Of a stretch of 64,000 nt of DNA, positions 63,493 to 64,000 are shown piece after piece. Source of the stretch: an uncultured Pseudomonadota bacterium (GTDB lineage Bacteria > Pseudomonadota > Alphaproteobacteria > Acetobacterales > Acetobacteraceae); NCBI GenBank assembly GCA_963758455.1, contig CAVWVK010000007.1, positions 124,340 through 188,339 on the forward strand, read 5' to 3'. The notes below the pieces were generated by a model. The model did no database searches. It saw only the letters and a list, made by a program, of their open reading frames with translations, and was not told the origin of the DNA. Within the stretch, counting starts at the first letter, position 1; every line of letters starts with the position of its first letter. The position numbers and the translations under genes are program-made.

Positions 63493-64000
63493 GGCGAAGT
63501 GGTCCGCCGGCCGCGCAGCCAGGCGCGCAGGCGCGGATTCTGGGTGATCGCGGCGGCGGTCGCGAACAGGATCACCAGCGCCTGGATCAGTCCCACCACC
63601 TCGGAGGGCACGTCGAAGTTTTCCGCCAGCAGGTCGCCGCCCACCGTCAGATACGACAGCGCCAGCGCCGCCGGCGGCACCAGGAACGGGTTGTTGCCGG
63701 CCAGGATCGCCACCACCAGGCCGTTCCACCCCTGCCCCGGCAGCGCCTGCCAGGTGAAGCGCACGTACAGCCCCTGCACCTCGATCGCCCCGCCCGCCGC
63801 CGCCGCCAGCCCGCCCAGCGCCTGCACGCCGGCGGCGATCAGCGTGATGCGCAGGCCGAGATGGCGCGCGAAGCCCGGATTGGCGCCGACCACCCGCGCC
63901 TCGTAGCCCCAGCGCGTCGCGAACAGCCACACGCCGCCCAGCGCGCAGGCCGCCAGCGCCAGCACGATGCCCAGATGCACGCGCGTGCCGGCCAGCAGCA
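63489..64000 (-). CDS. ABC transporter permease, BMP/nucleoside-uptake family (YufP/NupB-like), 3' part; 5' end lies beyond the window
   Basis: Contains ..GQGWNGLVVAILAGNNPFLVPPAALALSYLTVGGDLLAENFDVPSEVVGLIQALVILFATA... The ORF runs off the window end. Confidence 0.85.
   Translation of the reverse strand, partial: LLAGTRVHLGIVLALAACALGGVWLFATRWGYEARVVGANPGFARHLGLRITLIAAGVQALGGLAAAAGGAIEVQGLYVRFTWQALPGQGWNGLVVAILAGNNPFLVPPAALALSYLTVGGDLLAENFDVPSEVVGLIQALVILFATAAAITQNPRLRAWLRGRRTTSP

Overview
High-GC window (most 60-nt lines are about 65-72% G+C by eye) that looks like alphaproteobacterial chromosome. This is an inference from three things: the trpG-trpD-trpC-moaC-moeA-lexA block, a Caulobacter-type fliX / flgI-cheL-flbY unit next to dksA, and UPF0262/DUF983 genes. 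I can support about 70 genes. Most are housekeeping or metabolic: hutI-hutU, a polar amino-acid ABC set, an orphan NodT-type outer-membrane factor, a hybrid sensor kinase, icd, mtnA, a cysteine-synthase-like gene, otnK/otnC, an opine-like catabolic set and nucleoside salvage genes. One RES-Xre toxin-antitoxin pair is present. Accessory content is concentrated at 47.4-62.6 kb. It comprises (1) a partial type II secretion-like operon (gspE-gspF-gspH-gspI-gspJ-like) ending in a secreted beta-helix protein, with a divergent GloVer-repeat secreted protein and a prepilin peptidase; (2) a 1.1 kb very low-GC insert embedded in a diverged duplication of the nucleoside hydrolase 3' end; and (3) a leaderless 1308-aa tandem-repeat beta-helix protein. 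Two families of dispersed palindromic (REP-like) elements occur. One of them is associated with a tandem duplication of the moaC 3' end. A striking property of the window is at least 28 frame breaks inside otherwise recognisable genes, 14 of them packed into 7.57-10.84 kb. From sequence alone I cannot tell assembly indels from real pseudogenes, so broken genes are typed 'pseudogene' meaning only 'broken as assembled'. I found no rRNA, tRNA, CRISPR array, transposase or integrase. I see no clearly novel multi-gene system. The best candidates for a second look are the low-GC insert, the incomplete secretion locus with its candidate cargo, and the giant repeat protein.
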